DNA of 64,000 bases from Longimicrobiales bacterium (GCA_965226375.1 CBDDCX010000008.1:1728001-1792000); one strand, 5' to 3'. Positions 30,327 to 41,835 are shown, counted from the stretch's first letter. A program made the numbers and translations. The notes: a model not told the origin generated them from the letters alone.

Positions 30327-31382
30327 TCAGGGCTTGCGAGTCGCCGCCTTGAGCAAGTTCAGAGCTTCCAGCGCCTGGCCGTTGTCGAGGGCCTCCCTGG
30401 CCAGATCGACACTCGCCTCCAACGTCTCCGTAGCACCCGAAACGTAGATAGCCGCGCCGGCGTTCAGCAGCACGGCCGACCGGGCACCTGCCTGCCCCGC
30501 TCCCTCGAGCACTGCCATGATGACCTCGGCGTTTTCCATGGGCTCGCCCCCGGCCAACTCCTCGGCCGAGCAAGGCTGCATGCCGAAGTCCTCGGGGCTG
30601 ATCGTACGCTCGCTCACCACACCGTCCACCAACTCGGCCACTCGCGTAGGCCCCATGGGACTGACCTCGTCCATCCCGGGCTCCCCGTGCACGACCAGCG
30701 CGTGGGCATGGCCCAACTCATGGAGCGCCTCGATCACGAGCGAAACCAGAGACGGATCCGCCACACCCACCAACTGCCTGCCGACCCCGGCCGGGTTGGT
30801 GAGCGGTCCCAGAATGTTCATCACCGTGGGAAAGCCGAGCTCCCTACGAACGGGCCCGACATGCCTCATGGCCGGGTGCAGGAGAGGAGCGAACATAAAA
30901 ACGAGCCCGACCTCTTTGAGCACGATAGCCATCTCTTCCGGAGTGAGCTCGATGCGTACTCCGAGCGCTTCCAGAACATCGGCACTCCCGCTTCGGGAGG
31001 TGAACGAGCGATTGCCGTGCTTGGCAATGCGTACCCCCGCCCCGCAGGCGACCAGCGCGGCGGCCGTGGAGATGTTGAAGGTGGTCACGGCCCCGCCCCC
31101 CGTCCCACAGGTGTCGATAAGCTGGTCCGTCGCCTCGGATGCCACACGCACCATCGCCTTGCGGAGCGCTCTCACGCCTCCGGCCACCTCGACGGGGAGG
31201 ACACCCCTCACGCGAAAGGCGGTGAGCAGCGAGGACATCTGCGCCGGAGAAGCACTTCCGTCCATGAACGTGTCGAACGCGAACTCCGCCTCTGCCGCGT
31301 TGAGGTGCTCGCCGTCGGCCACCTTGAGAAGGACATCCCGAAGGTCCGGCGAGTGCGACGATGAGGTGGGACTCTGACTCAT
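30327..31382 (-). CDS. trpD: Anthranilate phosphoribosyltransferase
   Basis: DTCGTGG, FNIST, KHGNR, SGSADVLEALG, GPLTNP, GMDE motifs. Confidence 0.97.
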   Translation of the reverse strand: MSQSPTSSSHSPDLRDVLLKVADGEHLNAAEAEFAFDTFMDGSASPAQMSSLLTAFRVRGVLPVEVAGGVRALRKAMVRVASEATDQLIDTCGTGGGAVTTFNISTAAALVACGAGVRIAKHGNRSFTSRSGSADVLEALGVRIELTPEEMAIVLKEVGLVFMFAPLLHPAMRHVGPVRRELGFPTVMNILGPLTNPAGVGRQLVGVADPSLVSLVIEALHELGHAHALVVHGEPGMDEVSPMGPTRVAELVDGVVSERTISPEDFGMQPCSAEELAGGEPMENAEVIMAVLEGAGQAGARSAVLLNAGAAIYVSGATETLEASVDLAREALDNGQALEALNLLKAATRKP

Positions 31383-31471
31383 TCGAGATGGCGTTCCCGT
31401 AAAAAATGCAGTGCCGGAGAACGCGATTACCCCGGCAGAATACAGCTACAATTCAACCTTTCGGGCCTCGC

Positions 31472-31499
31472 TTGACAACAGTTACCTCCGTTCTACCTT
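31472..31499 (+). promoter_or_regulatory. Sigma70-type promoter TTGACA-N16-TACCTT, ending 6 nt before the truA GTG
   Basis: TTGACA 31472-31477, TACCTT 31494-31499. Confidence 0.6.
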
Positions 31500-31505
31500 C
31501 CGGGC

Positions 31506-32327
31506 GTGGAATCCGCGAGGGTGAATCGCCTCAAGCTGATCCTTCAATATGATGGCTCAGCCTTCTTCGGCTGGCAGATGCAGCGTGAGGAGCGAACCGT
31601 TCAAGGGGAGCTCGAAGCGGCTCTGACGCGTCTTACGGGTGCCCGGCGCCCGGTCGAGGGATCGGGCCGAACGGATCGGGGAGTCCATGCGACCGGTCAG
31701 GTGGCGGCTGTGTCACTCCCTGAGAGCTGGGGACCGCCCAAGCTCGAGAAGGCTCTGAACGCTGTGCTGCCCAACGATATCTGGATCGAATCCGTCGAGT
31801 CGGCCGCCCCTGACTTCAGCCCCAGATACGATGCGGTTGCCCGCACGTACCTCTATCGACTCGGTGTCTCGGAGCAGAGCCGGTCTCCGTTTCATCGTCC
31901 TTGGTGCTGGGCCCTCACGACCGCGGTACACTCCGCCCTCTTGGGAAGAGCCGCCAATCTCCTGGCCGGGGAACACTCGTTCAAAGCCTTCGCCAAGTCG
32001 GGACAGCCCGAGCGTGGTGAGCTGTGCACGATCCATTCAGCCCGGTGGGAGACTTGGGAAGATCTCGGGTTTTCGTTCCAAATAACGGCGAACCGTTACC
32101 TCCACCACATGGTCCGTTACCTTGTAGGGACGATGGTGGACATCGCGCGCCAACGGCGTCCGGTGGACGACCTTGGCCGTCTGCTCACGAACTCGGACGA
32201 CGACCTGGAAACGTCCCCTCCGGCGCCCCCCGAAGGCCTGTTTCTCCATCATGTGGCATATCCGACGGAACCCCGGTTCCAAGACCCCGGACGCCACCAC
32301 GACGACGCCGCTACGACGACGCCCTGA
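31506..32327 (+). CDS. truA: tRNA pseudouridine(38-40) synthase TruA
   Basis: YDGSAFFGWQ, SGRTDRGVHA, RYLHHMVR, APPEGLFL motifs. Confidence 0.95.
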   Translation: MESARVNRLKLILQYDGSAFFGWQMQREERTVQGELEAALTRLTGARRPVEGSGRTDRGVHATGQVAAVSLPESWGPPKLEKALNAVLPNDIWIESVESAAPDFSPRYDAVARTYLYRLGVSEQSRSPFHRPWCWALTTAVHSALLGRAANLLAGEHSFKAFAKSGQPERGELCTIHSARWETWEDLGFSFQITANRYLHHMVRYLVGTMVDIARQRRPVDDLGRLLTNSDDDLETSPPAPPEGLFLHHVAYPTEPRFQDPGRHHDDAATTTP

Positions 32328-32339
32328 ACCGAAGAGCAC

Positions 32340-32996
32340 ATGAGAATTTTTCTCGACACCGCCGATACCGATGAAATCCGCCGAGCCGTCGAAGCCGGCC
32401 TGATCGACGGAGTGACCACCAACCCCTCCCTCATGGCCAAGGTCGCGGGAGACCGTGAGCCGGCTGACCTCTTTCTCGAGATCTGTCAGGCTGTGGATGG
32501 GCCGGTGAGTGCCGAGGTCGTGGCGCTGGACGCCGAAGGCATGGTCGAGCAGGGCCGCCGCCTGGCCAAGATCCACGACAACATCGTCATCAAGGTCCCG
32601 CTCACCGAGGCGGGGCTCGTCGCGTGCCGTACCCTCCGGAGTGAAGACATCGGCGTCAACGTGACCCTCTGCTTCTCACCCACCCAGGCTCATCTGGCGG
32701 CGAAGGCGGGAGCCACGTTCATCTCGCCCTTCATCGGTCGTGTCGACGACATGGCGGGCGACGGGATGGAGCTCATAGCTCAGATCCGGCAGATCTACGA
32801 CAACTACGATATCGAGACGCAGATCCTGGCCGCGTCCATCCGGCATCCGCAGCACATGGTGCAATCGCTCATGCTCGGCGCGGACTGTGCAACGTTGCCA
32901 CCCAAGGTCTTGTATCAATTGTTGAAGCACCCGTTGACCGACCGCGGCCTGGACGGGTTCATGGCGGACTGGAAGAAGTTGGGAAGGGACCTCTAG
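32340..32996 (+). CDS. tal: Transaldolase (TalC/FSA family, transaldolase-type residues)
   Basis: FLDTAD, GVTTNPS, VSAEV (Glu), VIKVP, SPFIGR (Phe), LAASIR motifs. Confidence 0.9.
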   Translation: MRIFLDTADTDEIRRAVEAGLIDGVTTNPSLMAKVAGDREPADLFLEICQAVDGPVSAEVVALDAEGMVEQGRRLAKIHDNIVIKVPLTEAGLVACRTLRSEDIGVNVTLCFSPTQAHLAAKAGATFISPFIGRVDDMAGDGMELIAQIRQIYDNYDIETQILAASIRHPQHMVQSLMLGADCATLPPKVLYQLLKHPLTDRGLDGFMADWKKLGRDL

Positions 32997-33017
32997 AGGG
33001 GTCGCGATGCCCTGCTC

Positions 33018-34502
33018 ATGGCCAACCAACAAGTGAAGTTTGTGAGGTGCCGGTCAGCCCTCGCGGGAGTAGCCGCCGCCATCTTGGCGGTGGCTCCGGC
33101 TGCCTGCGGTGCGGAAGAAGCCCCTGCCGATGCGTCGGGCGCGGCAGCGGCAGCGGCGCTGGCGACCGCTAGCTCGGTACCCGCCGCATCAACCCAGCGG
33201 GTGCCCAGTGCGGGGCGCTCCAGCCAACTCGACAGCTCTCGGAGCACGGCCATCGTCGAGGCGGCCACCGAGGTGGCTCCGGCCGTTGTGAGCGTCAATG
33301 TGCTGCGGACCGAACAGGTGCGCACCCGCTCGTTCTTCGACCCGTTCTCCATGCCCCGTACGCGCCGTAGCCGTGGCCTGGGATCGGGATTCATCATCAG
33401 TGAAGAGGGCGTGATCCTTACCAACGATCACGTGATTCAGGATGCGGAGCGCATCATGGTCACGCTCCCGGACGGGCGCGACTTCGAGGCCGAGCTGGTC
33501 GGGACGGACCAGCTTACCGACGTCGCCGTGCTGCGGATCAAGGGTGATCGGCTCCCCGTGGCCCGGCTGGGGACGTCGGAGGGCCTACTCATCGGTGAAT
33601 GGGCCCTGGCCATCGGGAACCCGTTCGGCAACCTCTTCTCCAACTCCGAGCCTACGGTCACCGCCGGTGTCGTGAGTGCCACGGGAAGGCACATCATCCC
33701 CGACGAGGACGCCCGGGTCGTCTATCTGGGGATGATCCAGACCGATGCATCCATCAACCCTGGGAATTCGGGCGGGCCGCTCGTCAATTCCGCCGGAGAG
33801 GTCATCGGCGTCAACAGCTCCATCTTCACGCGTAGTGGGGGGAGCGAAGGCCTCGGATTCGCCATCCCCATCGACCGTGCCATGCGCGTGGCCGAACAAC
33901 TCCTGGGCGAAGGGGAGTTGAAGAGGGCCTGGTTGGGTTTCGAGGTGGACGCGGGCGCCGAGGACATCTGGGGGCGAACACAGGGGATCGTCGTGGCCAG
34001 CGTGGCTCCCAACTCACCGGCGGCTGGCGCCCGGCTGGCACGGGGTGATCGCATCGTCTCGGTGGACGGGCAGCCACTCCACACGCTCCTGGACTTCGAG
34101 TCGGTGCTCCTGGACATGAGGGTGGGCGAGTCCATCGATCTGGGCATCGAGGGCCGACCGAGGGCTGTGACCGTCGTATCTACAGAGGTCCCGTCGGGCT
34201 CGGCCGACCGGGTGACCGCTCTGGAGCAGATGCAATTGGTCACGGTGACACCGGGAATCCGGGCCGAGAGGAATCTCGGGTACGACACCGGGGCCCTCAT
34301 TCTGTCCATAGAGCCGGAACTCGAAGGTCGCATCGGATTTCGAGCGGGTGACGTCATCCTCCAGATCAACCGGATCGGGGTCACCTCCGCCGAGCAGGCG
34401 GCCGATATCTTTCGGCGAGCATCGGGCAACGTGGCAGTCTACATCGAACGCAACGGCGGGGTCATCGTGAGACAACTCTCCTTCCGGGGGTCCCGTGGCT
34501 GA
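33018..34502 (+). CDS. HtrA/DegP-type serine protease with PDZ domains
   Basis: GLGSGFII, TNDHV, DVAVL, IQTDASINPGNSGGPL followed by two PDZ-like regions. Confidence 0.93.
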   Translation: MANQQVKFVRCRSALAGVAAAILAVAPAACGAEEAPADASGAAAAAALATASSVPAASTQRVPSAGRSSQLDSSRSTAIVEAATEVAPAVVSVNVLRTEQVRTRSFFDPFSMPRTRRSRGLGSGFIISEEGVILTNDHVIQDAERIMVTLPDGRDFEAELVGTDQLTDVAVLRIKGDRLPVARLGTSEGLLIGEWALAIGNPFGNLFSNSEPTVTAGVVSATGRHIIPDEDARVVYLGMIQTDASINPGNSGGPLVNSAGEVIGVNSSIFTRSGGSEGLGFAIPIDRAMRVAEQLLGEGELKRAWLGFEVDAGAEDIWGRTQGIVVASVAPNSPAAGARLARGDRIVSVDGQPLHTLLDFESVLLDMRVGESIDLGIEGRPRAVTVVSTEVPSGSADRVTALEQMQLVTVTPGIRAERNLGYDTGALILSIEPELEGRIGFRAGDVILQINRIGVTSAEQAADIFRRASGNVAVYIERNGGVIVRQLSFRGSRG

Positions 34503-35946
34503 TTCCTCGGCCGACCTCTACAACCATCCCCTCGGAGAGCGCTACGCCTCCCGCGAGATGCAGTCCATCTTTTCTTCGGCCCACCGCTTCGGGACGTGGC
34601 GGCGACTGTGGCTGGCCCTGGCCGAAGTACAGCATGAGCTGGGCCTACCCGTTCCGTCCGAGGCTCTGGACCAGATGCGCCAGACGCTCGACGACGTGGA
34701 CCTCGACAAGGCGGCCGAGTACGAACGCCGCTTCCGCCATGACGTTATGGCGCACGTGCACCTTTTCGGCGACGTGGCTCCAGCGGCAAAGGGAATCATC
34801 CACTTGGGAGCCACCAGCGCATTTATCGGTGACAACACCGACCTGATTCTGCACCGGGAGGCCCTCACGCTCATCCGGGACCGGATCGTTCGGTGCGTGG
34901 CCCGCCTCGCCGACTTCGCCGACACACACAAAGACTTGCCGACCCTGGGTTACACCCATTTCCAGCCGGCACAGCCCACCACGGTGGGAAAGCGGGCCAC
35001 CCTGTGGCTGCAGGACTTGGTCCTGGACATCGAAGAGGTCGAGTTCCGCTTGAAGACCCTACGCTTCCGTGGGGTGAAAGGCACCACCGGGACTCAGGCG
35101 TCCTTCCTGGAGCTCTTCGAGGGAGACACGACCAAGGTGGACGAGCTCGATCATGCCGTGGCCCACCGTATGGGCTTCAGCGAACGCCTCGGTGTGACGG
35201 GTCAGACCTACACGCGCAAGATCGACGCTCAGATCCTGGGCTCCCTGGCCGGGGTGGCGGCCTCCGCGTCCAAGATGGGGAACGACCTGCGGCTCCTGGC
35301 TCATCTGCGAGAGGTGGAGGAGCCCTTCGAGGAGGAGCAGATCGGCTCGTCGGCCATGCCCTACAAGCGCAATCCCATGCGTGCGGAGCGTATGTGCGCC
35401 ATGGCGCGCCACGTCATTGCTCTGGCCCAAGATCCGCAGTACACGGCTGCCACCCAGTGGCTCGAGCGCACCCTGGATGATTCCGCCAATCGTCGGCTCT
35501 CCATTCCCGACTCGTACCTGGCCTTGGACGGCATCCTGGTGCTCGTCGAGAACATCTCGTCGGGGCTGGTGGTGAACCCCGGGGTCATCAGACGGAACCT
35601 GGAGGTGCATCTTCCGTTCATGGCCTCGGAGACGATCCTCATGCACGCTACGTCGGCCGGAGGGGACCGCCAGGAGCTACACGAACGCATCCGTCGGCAT
35701 TCCATGGAGGCCGCCGGACGCATGAAGGACGAGGGCGCGGAGGCCGATCTTCTCGAGCGCATCGCAACCGACGATGCGTTCGACATGACCCTCGATGACC
35801 TTCGTGAGATCGCCGATCCGATCCGCTTTGTGGGGCGAGCGCCCGAACAGGTGGATCGCTTCTTGGCCGAGTGGGTACAGCCGGCCTTGGAACGCCTTGA
35901 AGCAGGTGCCAACGAGCGCCTGGGAGAACCAGATGTCCGCGTCTGA
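34495..35946 (+). CDS. purB: Adenylosuccinate lyase
   Basis: RHDVMAH, HLGATS, GYTHFQPAQ, GSSAMPYKRNP motifs. Confidence 0.96.
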   Translation: MADSSADLYNHPLGERYASREMQSIFSSAHRFGTWRRLWLALAEVQHELGLPVPSEALDQMRQTLDDVDLDKAAEYERRFRHDVMAHVHLFGDVAPAAKGIIHLGATSAFIGDNTDLILHREALTLIRDRIVRCVARLADFADTHKDLPTLGYTHFQPAQPTTVGKRATLWLQDLVLDIEEVEFRLKTLRFRGVKGTTGTQASFLELFEGDTTKVDELDHAVAHRMGFSERLGVTGQTYTRKIDAQILGSLAGVAASASKMGNDLRLLAHLREVEEPFEEEQIGSSAMPYKRNPMRAERMCAMARHVIALAQDPQYTAATQWLERTLDDSANRRLSIPDSYLALDGILVLVENISSGLVVNPGVIRRNLEVHLPFMASETILMHATSAGGDRQELHERIRRHSMEAAGRMKDEGAEADLLERIATDDAFDMTLDDLREIADPIRFVGRAPEQVDRFLAEWVQPALERLEAGANERLGEPDVRV

Positions 35947-36871
35947 AGCGATGGCCGTAACGCAGTCTGAGGTACCGCTGCCTCTCCTCCACCAGGGAAA
36001 GGTCCGCGACGTATACGACGCCGGAGACGGCATGCTCTTGATGGTCACGAGCGATCGCGTCAGCGCGTTCGACGTGATCCTCCCACAGCCCATCCCCCGG
36101 AAGGGAGAGGTGCTCACACAGATCACGGCCTGGTGGATGGACACCCTGCGCGACCAGATCGATCACCACGTGATCAGCGTCGACCCCGACGAGATCGTGG
36201 ACCGGGTGCCCGGGCTGGCCGATTCGAGGGACGCGTGGGCCGCCCGCAGCATGCTCCTGCACCGCACGGAGCCCGTGCTCGTGGAGTGCGTCGTGCGAGG
36301 CTACATCTCGGGATCCGCATGGAAGGAGTACAGCGCCTCCGGGACGCTGGCCGGTGAGTCGCTCCCCGAAGGACTGGTGGAGAGCGGCCGACTGGAGCAG
36401 CCCGTCTTTTCTCCGGCGACCAAGGCCCAGACCGGCCACGACGAGAACATCCCTTTTGCGGGTGTCGTGGAACGGTTGGGGGAAAAGGTCGCCGATCGCC
36501 TGCGCGATCTATCCTTCCTCATCTACGGTCACGGTGTGAAATTGGCCGAGGAGAGAGGAATCATCCTAGCGGACACCAAGTTCGAGTTCGGGTACCATCC
36601 GGACGGTCGGCTGCTCCTAATCGACGAGGTACTGACACCGGATTCGTCCCGTTTCTGGCCGGCCGACCGGTACATCGCGGGGCAGGGCCAACAGTCACTG
36701 GACAAGCAACCCGTCCGCGACTTTCTGGACGAGCTAGACTGGGATAAGTTACCACCACCACCCGACTTACCGGATCATGTGGTCGATGCCACGTCAACGA
36801 GATACCTGGAGATTTTCCGGCGCCTGACCGGAACCGAGCTCAATGCTTTCGAGCCCCCTCACTTCGGCTGA
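35933..36871 (+). CDS. purC: SAICAR synthase
   Basis: GKVRDVY, SDRVSAFD, ECVVRGY, ADTKFEFG, DEVLTPDSSRFW; ATG at 35933 (or 35951). Confidence 0.96.
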   Translation: MSASEAMAVTQSEVPLPLLHQGKVRDVYDAGDGMLLMVTSDRVSAFDVILPQPIPRKGEVLTQITAWWMDTLRDQIDHHVISVDPDEIVDRVPGLADSRDAWAARSMLLHRTEPVLVECVVRGYISGSAWKEYSASGTLAGESLPEGLVESGRLEQPVFSPATKAQTGHDENIPFAGVVERLGEKVADRLRDLSFLIYGHGVKLAEERGIILADTKFEFGYHPDGRLLLIDEVLTPDSSRFWPADRYIAGQGQQSLDKQPVRDFLDELDWDKLPPPPDLPDHVVDATSTRYLEIFRRLTGTELNAFEPPHFG

Positions 36872-36895
36872 GCGCCGGAGGACCAAAAGAGCCAC

Positions 36896-37630
36896 ATGAG
36901 TTTCGCGCGGGAAGGTTATCCGTTCATGTTGGCAGGGTCGCTTCTGGCGGCGCTGGCGTGGGTAGCCGTTCCCCTCTCAGATACCTGGGTGGCCGTCCCG
37001 GCTGTAATAGTCACGGTACTCGCCGCGTTCGTATGCTACTTCTTCCGCGATCCGGCACGGCCCCTACCCGCGGATGAGGGTGTCGTTCTCGCGCCCGGAG
37101 ACGGGAAGATCATCGACATCCGAGAGGTCGACGAGCCGTCCTTTGTCGAGGGTCGCTGCCGGCGTATCACGATCTTCCTCAGCGTGTTCAATGTCCATGT
37201 CCAACGGGCTCCGGTCTCGGGCCTCGTCGCTCACCGGGCCTACCGTCCTGGTGAGTACGCTGTGGCTTGGCACCCCAAGGCGAGCGAGTCCAACGAGCAG
37301 GCCTCCCTGGGGTTGAGCACCGAGTGGGGTCGTGTCCTGGTACGTCAGATCGCGGGCCTGATCGCGCGTCGGATCGTCACGTATCCGGAGCAGGGCGACC
37401 AGGTTCAACTCGGAGACCGCATCGGACTGATCAGGTTCGGCTCCCGAGTCGATCTCTTCCTGCCGCTCCACTGGCCTCTGTCGTGTGTCGTGGGTGACAA
37501 GGCCGTGGGAGGTGAGACGGTCTTCGCCCATGTGAAAGAAGCAGATCAGGCGGGAGCCACCGACGTGTCTGGTGCGCAAACCGAAGTGCCTGGTGAGCAA
37601 GGAATTGGTACGCAGGAGGCCAACGCATGA
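36896..37630 (+). CDS. psd: Phosphatidylserine decarboxylase proenzyme
   Basis: FFRDP, IFLSVFNVHVQRAP, QIAGLIARRI, IRFGSRVD motifs. Confidence 0.93.
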   Translation: MSFAREGYPFMLAGSLLAALAWVAVPLSDTWVAVPAVIVTVLAAFVCYFFRDPARPLPADEGVVLAPGDGKIIDIREVDEPSFVEGRCRRITIFLSVFNVHVQRAPVSGLVAHRAYRPGEYAVAWHPKASESNEQASLGLSTEWGRVLVRQIAGLIARRIVTYPEQGDQVQLGDRIGLIRFGSRVDLFLPLHWPLSCVVGDKAVGGETVFAHVKEADQAGATDVSGAQTEVPGEQGIGTQEANA

Positions 37631-38517
37631 TCGACCGCCCAAGGCCCACCACCAGGCTCCAGAAGGGGATCATCATCCTCCCCTCTGCCTTCACGATGGC
37701 CAACCTGTTCTTCGGGTTCTACGCCATCGTGGCGGCCACCCGTGGCGACTTCACGTGGGCCGGGTGGTTCATCGTCTGGGCTGCGATCACAGACCTGTTG
37801 GACGGCCGCATCGCACGCTTCACCAGGACCGGATCGGCGTTCGGTGGGGAGTTGGACTCCCTGGTGGACGCCATCTCCTTCGGTGTGGCCCCGGCGTTTA
37901 TCATGTACACGCTCTACTTCTCGGACGGGAACTGGAGCTGGGTGCTGCCCTTCATGTACGTGATGGCCGTGGTCGTCCGCCTGGCCCGCTTCAACATCGA
38001 GCAGGGCGGAGAGGCCAAGGCCCACTTTCATGGGCTTCCCTCCCCCACGCCGGGCATGATCCTGGCCACGTTCTATCCATTCAGCCAGACACCGTTTTGC
38101 GAGACCTACCTTTCCGGAATGCCGTGGCCGCGCATCATGGGCATTCTGATCATCGTCCTCGGCGCCCTGATGTTGAGCAACATCCCGTACGCGCTGGTGC
38201 CGAAGATCGGCCTCAGGTCGAGGAAGGGTATCCTGACCTCGCTGTGGCTCTTCGTGAACCTGCTCGTCGCCATCGCCTTCCCGGCCTACTACTTCTTCCC
38301 CATGCTCCTCGCCTACACGATGTGGGGACTCTTGGGGTCGGTCATCCACGGACTTCTGGAGCGTCTCCCGGAGCGAGACCCGCTCCTCGACGTGCTCGAC
38401 GTGCTGGACGACGCGGGCGCCGAGGTCCGGGCACTGGACTACGGAGAGCTGGCTCCGAAGCGCTACCAGCAAAGTCCCACACACCTGCAACCCCCTGACA
38501 CGGAGAGCGAAACGTGA
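37627..38517 (+). CDS. pssA: CDP-diacylglycerol--serine O-phosphatidyltransferase
   Basis: DLLDGRIAR...G.ELDSLVDAISFGVAP, RLARFN, GLPSP motifs. Confidence 0.93.
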   Translation: MIDRPRPTTRLQKGIIILPSAFTMANLFFGFYAIVAATRGDFTWAGWFIVWAAITDLLDGRIARFTRTGSAFGGELDSLVDAISFGVAPAFIMYTLYFSDGNWSWVLPFMYVMAVVVRLARFNIEQGGEAKAHFHGLPSPTPGMILATFYPFSQTPFCETYLSGMPWPRIMGILIIVLGALMLSNIPYALVPKIGLRSRKGILTSLWLFVNLLVAIAFPAYYFFPMLLAYTMWGLLGSVIHGLLERLPERDPLLDVLDVLDDAGAEVRALDYGELAPKRYQQSPTHLQPPDTESET

Positions 38518-38789
38518 CGCGTTTTCGCTTGGAGATTCGAGTGGTCCCCCGCCCTGGTCTGCTGGACCCGGAGGGCAAGGCCATCCAGCACGCACTGCAT
38601 TCACTGGACTATGAAGGCGTTCAAGACGTACGGGTCGGTAAGATCCTCTACCTTGACGTCGAGGCCTCATCAGCAGAAGAGGCGGGCGAACGTGGAGAAG
38701 CCATGTGCCAGCGGCTGCTGGCCAACCCCGTGACCGAGGACTTCGAGATCGAGGTCGCGGAGGCGCCCACCGCGGAGATCCCCGCATGA
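38514..38789 (+). CDS. purS: FGAM synthase subunit PurS
   Basis: LDPEGKAI, VRVGK, LLANPVTEDF motifs. Confidence 0.95.
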   Translation: MTRFRLEIRVVPRPGLLDPEGKAIQHALHSLDYEGVQDVRVGKILYLDVEASSAEEAGERGEAMCQRLLANPVTEDFEIEVAEAPTAEIPA

Positions 38790-39487
38790 AGGTCGTGATC
38801 ATCACCTTTCCCGGATCCAACTGCGACTACGACCTCTATAAGTGCATCCAGTTGGTCGGCGGGAGCCCCGCCTTCGTTTGGCATCGAGAGGTTGCACTGG
38901 GCGACGTGGATGCCGTCATGCTCCCGGGAGGATTCTCCTACGGGGACTACCTCCGCGCCGGGGCGATCGCCACGATGAGCCCTGTCATGGATGCCGTGAA
39001 GGCCTTTGCGGCCTCGGGCGGTCCCGTGTTGGGGATCTGCAACGGATTCCAGATGCTGTGTGAAGCCGGGCTGCTTCCTGGTGCCCTTCTCCGTAACAAC
39101 TCGCTGCTCTTCTCCAGCCGGGACGTCCTGCTCAGGGTGGAGAATGACGCCACGGTCTTTACGCAGAACTACGACGTCAGGCAGATCCTGCGGATGCCGA
39201 TCGCTCACGCGGAAGGCAACTACCACGCCGACCAGAAGACGTTGGACCAACTGGAAAACGAGGGTCGGGTGCTCTTCCGCTACGTAGACGCCTCCGGCGA
39301 CACGACCGCCGACGCGAACCCGAACGGATCGGCACGCAGCATCGCCGGCATCATCAACAACGAAGGCAACGTCATGGGCATGATGCCCCACCCCGAGCGA
39401 GCCGTGGAGGAGGTTCTCGGCTCGGTGGACGGAACAGGTGTATTCCAAGCCCTTCTGGCCCATCTGTCACCGGTGGGCGCAGCGTGA
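38786..39487 (+). CDS. purQ: FGAM synthase glutaminase subunit PurQ
   Basis: [34 protein letters not shown] at 38786 overlaps the purS stop. Confidence 0.96.
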   Translation: MKVVIITFPGSNCDYDLYKCIQLVGGSPAFVWHREVALGDVDAVMLPGGFSYGDYLRAGAIATMSPVMDAVKAFAASGGPVLGICNGFQMLCEAGLLPGALLRNNSLLFSSRDVLLRVENDATVFTQNYDVRQILRMPIAHAEGNYHADQKTLDQLENEGRVLFRYVDASGDTTADANPNGSARSIAGIINNEGNVMGMMPHPERAVEEVLGSVDGTGVFQALLAHLSPVGAA

Positions 39488-41835
39488 GCCCGAACAACCC
39501 ACAACCCATTACCGAACGGACCCAGAGTCGAATCTTGAGCGATAGACCGGAGCATCACGGCACCACGCCGGGGGCGACCCCCGCACCCCGAGAAGGCGAT
39601 CCACCCATTACGCCCGAGCTCGTCGACGATCATGGGTTGTCACCCTCGGAGTACGATCGGGTCCTGGAGATCATGGGACGAGAGCCGACGTACACAGAAC
39701 TCGGCGTGTTCAGCGCCATGTGGTCGGAGCACTGCGGATACAAGAACTCCAAACGGCTCCTACGCCTCCTGCCCACAGACGCACCGTGGGTGATCCAAGG
39801 CCCGGGAGAGAACGCCGGCGTCATCGACCTAGGTGACGGCCTGGCTCTGGCTTTCAAGATCGAGTCCCACAACCACCCGTCGGCCGTCGAGCCGTACCAG
39901 GGCGCCGCGACCGGCGTGGGAGGCATTCTGCGGGACGTCTTCACCATGGGGGCCAGACCCATCGCGATCCTGGACTCCTTGCGCTTCGGTAATCTCGACA
40001 GCGGCCGGGTCCGCTACCTGTTCTCGGGCGTGGTGAAGGGGGTGGGGGACTACGGCAACTGTGTCGGAATCCCGAACATCGGCGGAGAGACCTTCTTCGA
40101 CGAAGGCTACGAGGGTAATCCCATCGTGAACGCGATGTGCCTCGGGCTCATGAAAGCGGAAGATCTCATCAAGGGCGAAGCCGAGGGCGTGGGCAACCCG
40201 CTCATGACCGTCGGGGCCAGGACGGGCCGCGACGGGATCCATGGTGCGACCTTCGCTTCGGAGGAGCTCAACGAGGACTCCGAGGCCAGCCGCCCACGGG
40301 TTCAGGTAGGGGACCCCTTTACCGAGAAACTGCTCCTGGAAGCCAGCTTGGAGCTGATCAAGAGCGGACACATCACCGGTATCCAGGACATGGGGGCCGC
40401 AGGCATCACCTCCAGCGCCTCGGAGATGGCCGGTCGCTCTGGGAACGGTGTGGAGATCGACATGGACCGCGTGCCCGTGCGCGAACCGGGTATGACGCCC
40501 TACGAGATCCTGCTCTCCGAGTCGCAAGAGCGCATGCTCGTGGTCGCCAAGATCGGACATGAGGATGGGGTGAAGGAGATTCTCAACAAGTGGGAACTGG
40601 AGGCCGAAACGATCGGGGTGGTCACCGACGACGCGCTCTTCCGGGTGATGGAAGGCGGCCGCGCCGTGGCCGAGATCCCCGCACTTCCCCTCACCGAAGG
40701 GTGCCCCACGTACGAGCGGGAGGGAATCGAGTCGGAAGAGGTGAAGGAGCTTCGGTGTATGGACCTGTCACACTTCCAGGAAGCGGACTCGGACCAGACG
40801 GAGTCGTTCCTGAAGCTCATAGGGTCACCCAATATCGCTTCGAAGCGTTGGGTGTACCGCCAGTACGACACGACCGTCAGGACGGGCACGGCCATCCGCC
40901 CCGGCGCGGACGCCGGTGTGGTCCGCCTCCGGGGCACCACGAAGGCCGTGGCAGCCACCACAGACTGTAATGGGCGCTACGTCTACCTGAACCCCCGCAT
41001 GGGCGCCATGGCGGCCGTTGCCGAGGCGGCGCGAAATCTCGTGTGTGTCGGCGCGTTGCCCACGGCCATCACCAACAACCTGAACTTCGGGAACCCTCTG
41101 AAGCCGCACATCTACCACCAGTTCCGCGAAGCGGTTCTGGGCATGGCCGAGGCCTGCAAGCTCTTCGAGACTCCGGTCACGGGCGGCAACGTCTCGTTCT
41201 ACAACGAGACGGACGGCGTGTCCATCTATCCGACCCCGGTCATCGGCATGGTCGGGATCGTCGAAGATGTCGCCCACCTCACCCACGCCTCGTTCCAGGA
41301 GGAGGGTGACGCCATCATTCTTCTCGGGGACAACACGGACGAGGTGGGCGCGTCGGAGTACCTCTACGTCATCGAGGACCTGGTGGCCGGCGAGCCTCCT
41401 TCGGTCGACCTCTTGGCGGAACGACGCCTCCAACACGCCGTGCTAGCCATGATCCAGAAGGGTCTGCTCCGCTCGGCCCACGACGTCTCCGAGGGTGGTC
41501 TGGCCTGCGCGCTGGCCGAGAGCGCGCTCGGGCGGGGTGGCTCGCCGATGGGTGTACACGTGACACTTCACGACGCCCTCTCCCCCCTGCCTCTGCTCTT
41601 CGGGGAGGCGCAGGGACGAGTCGTGGTGTCGTGCGACGCACACTCGGTGGACGACGCCCTACGCATCGCCAAGAAGCACGGGGTCCCCTGCCGCCAGATC
41701 GGCCAAGTGGTCGCGGCGGACGAGGGCTTTCGAATAGAAGGGCGCAGCGTGACGCTGGAGGTCGACGTGGAGACCATGTCCGACCTATTCTTCGGTGCGA
41801 TTCCTCGTTTGATGGATGGAGCTAGCCAGACGTGA
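39484..41835 (+). CDS. purL: FGAM synthase subunit PurL
   Basis: [42 protein letters not shown] motifs. Confidence 0.97.
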   Translation: MSPNNPQPITERTQSRILSDRPEHHGTTPGATPAPREGDPPITPELVDDHGLSPSEYDRVLEIMGREPTYTELGVFSAMWSEHCGYKNSKRLLRLLPTDAPWVIQGPGENAGVIDLGDGLALAFKIESHNHPSAVEPYQGAATGVGGILRDVFTMGARPIAILDSLRFGNLDSGRVRYLFSGVVKGVGDYGNCVGIPNIGGETFFDEGYEGNPIVNAMCLGLMKAEDLIKGEAEGVGNPLMTVGARTGRDGIHGATFASEELNEDSEASRPRVQVGDPFTEKLLLEASLELIKSGHITGIQDMGAAGITSSASEMAGRSGNGVEIDMDRVPVREPGMTPYEILLSESQERMLVVAKIGHEDGVKEILNKWELEAETIGVVTDDALFRVMEGGRAVAEIPALPLTEGCPTYEREGIESEEVKELRCMDLSHFQEADSDQTESFLKLIGSPNIASKRWVYRQYDTTVRTGTAIRPGADAGVVRLRGTTKAVAATTDCNGRYVYLNPRMGAMAAVAEAARNLVCVGALPTAITNNLNFGNPLKPHIYHQFREAVLGMAEACKLFETPVTGGNVSFYNETDGVSIYPTPVIGMVGIVEDVAHLTHASFQEEGDAIILLGDNTDEVGASEYLYVIEDLVAGEPPSVDLLAERRLQHAVLAMIQKGLLRSAHDVSEGGLACALAESALGRGGSPMGVHVTLHDALSPLPLLFGEAQGRVVVSCDAHSVDDALRIAKKHGVPCRQIGQVVAADEGFRIEGRSVTLEVDVETMSDLFFGAIPRLMDGASQT

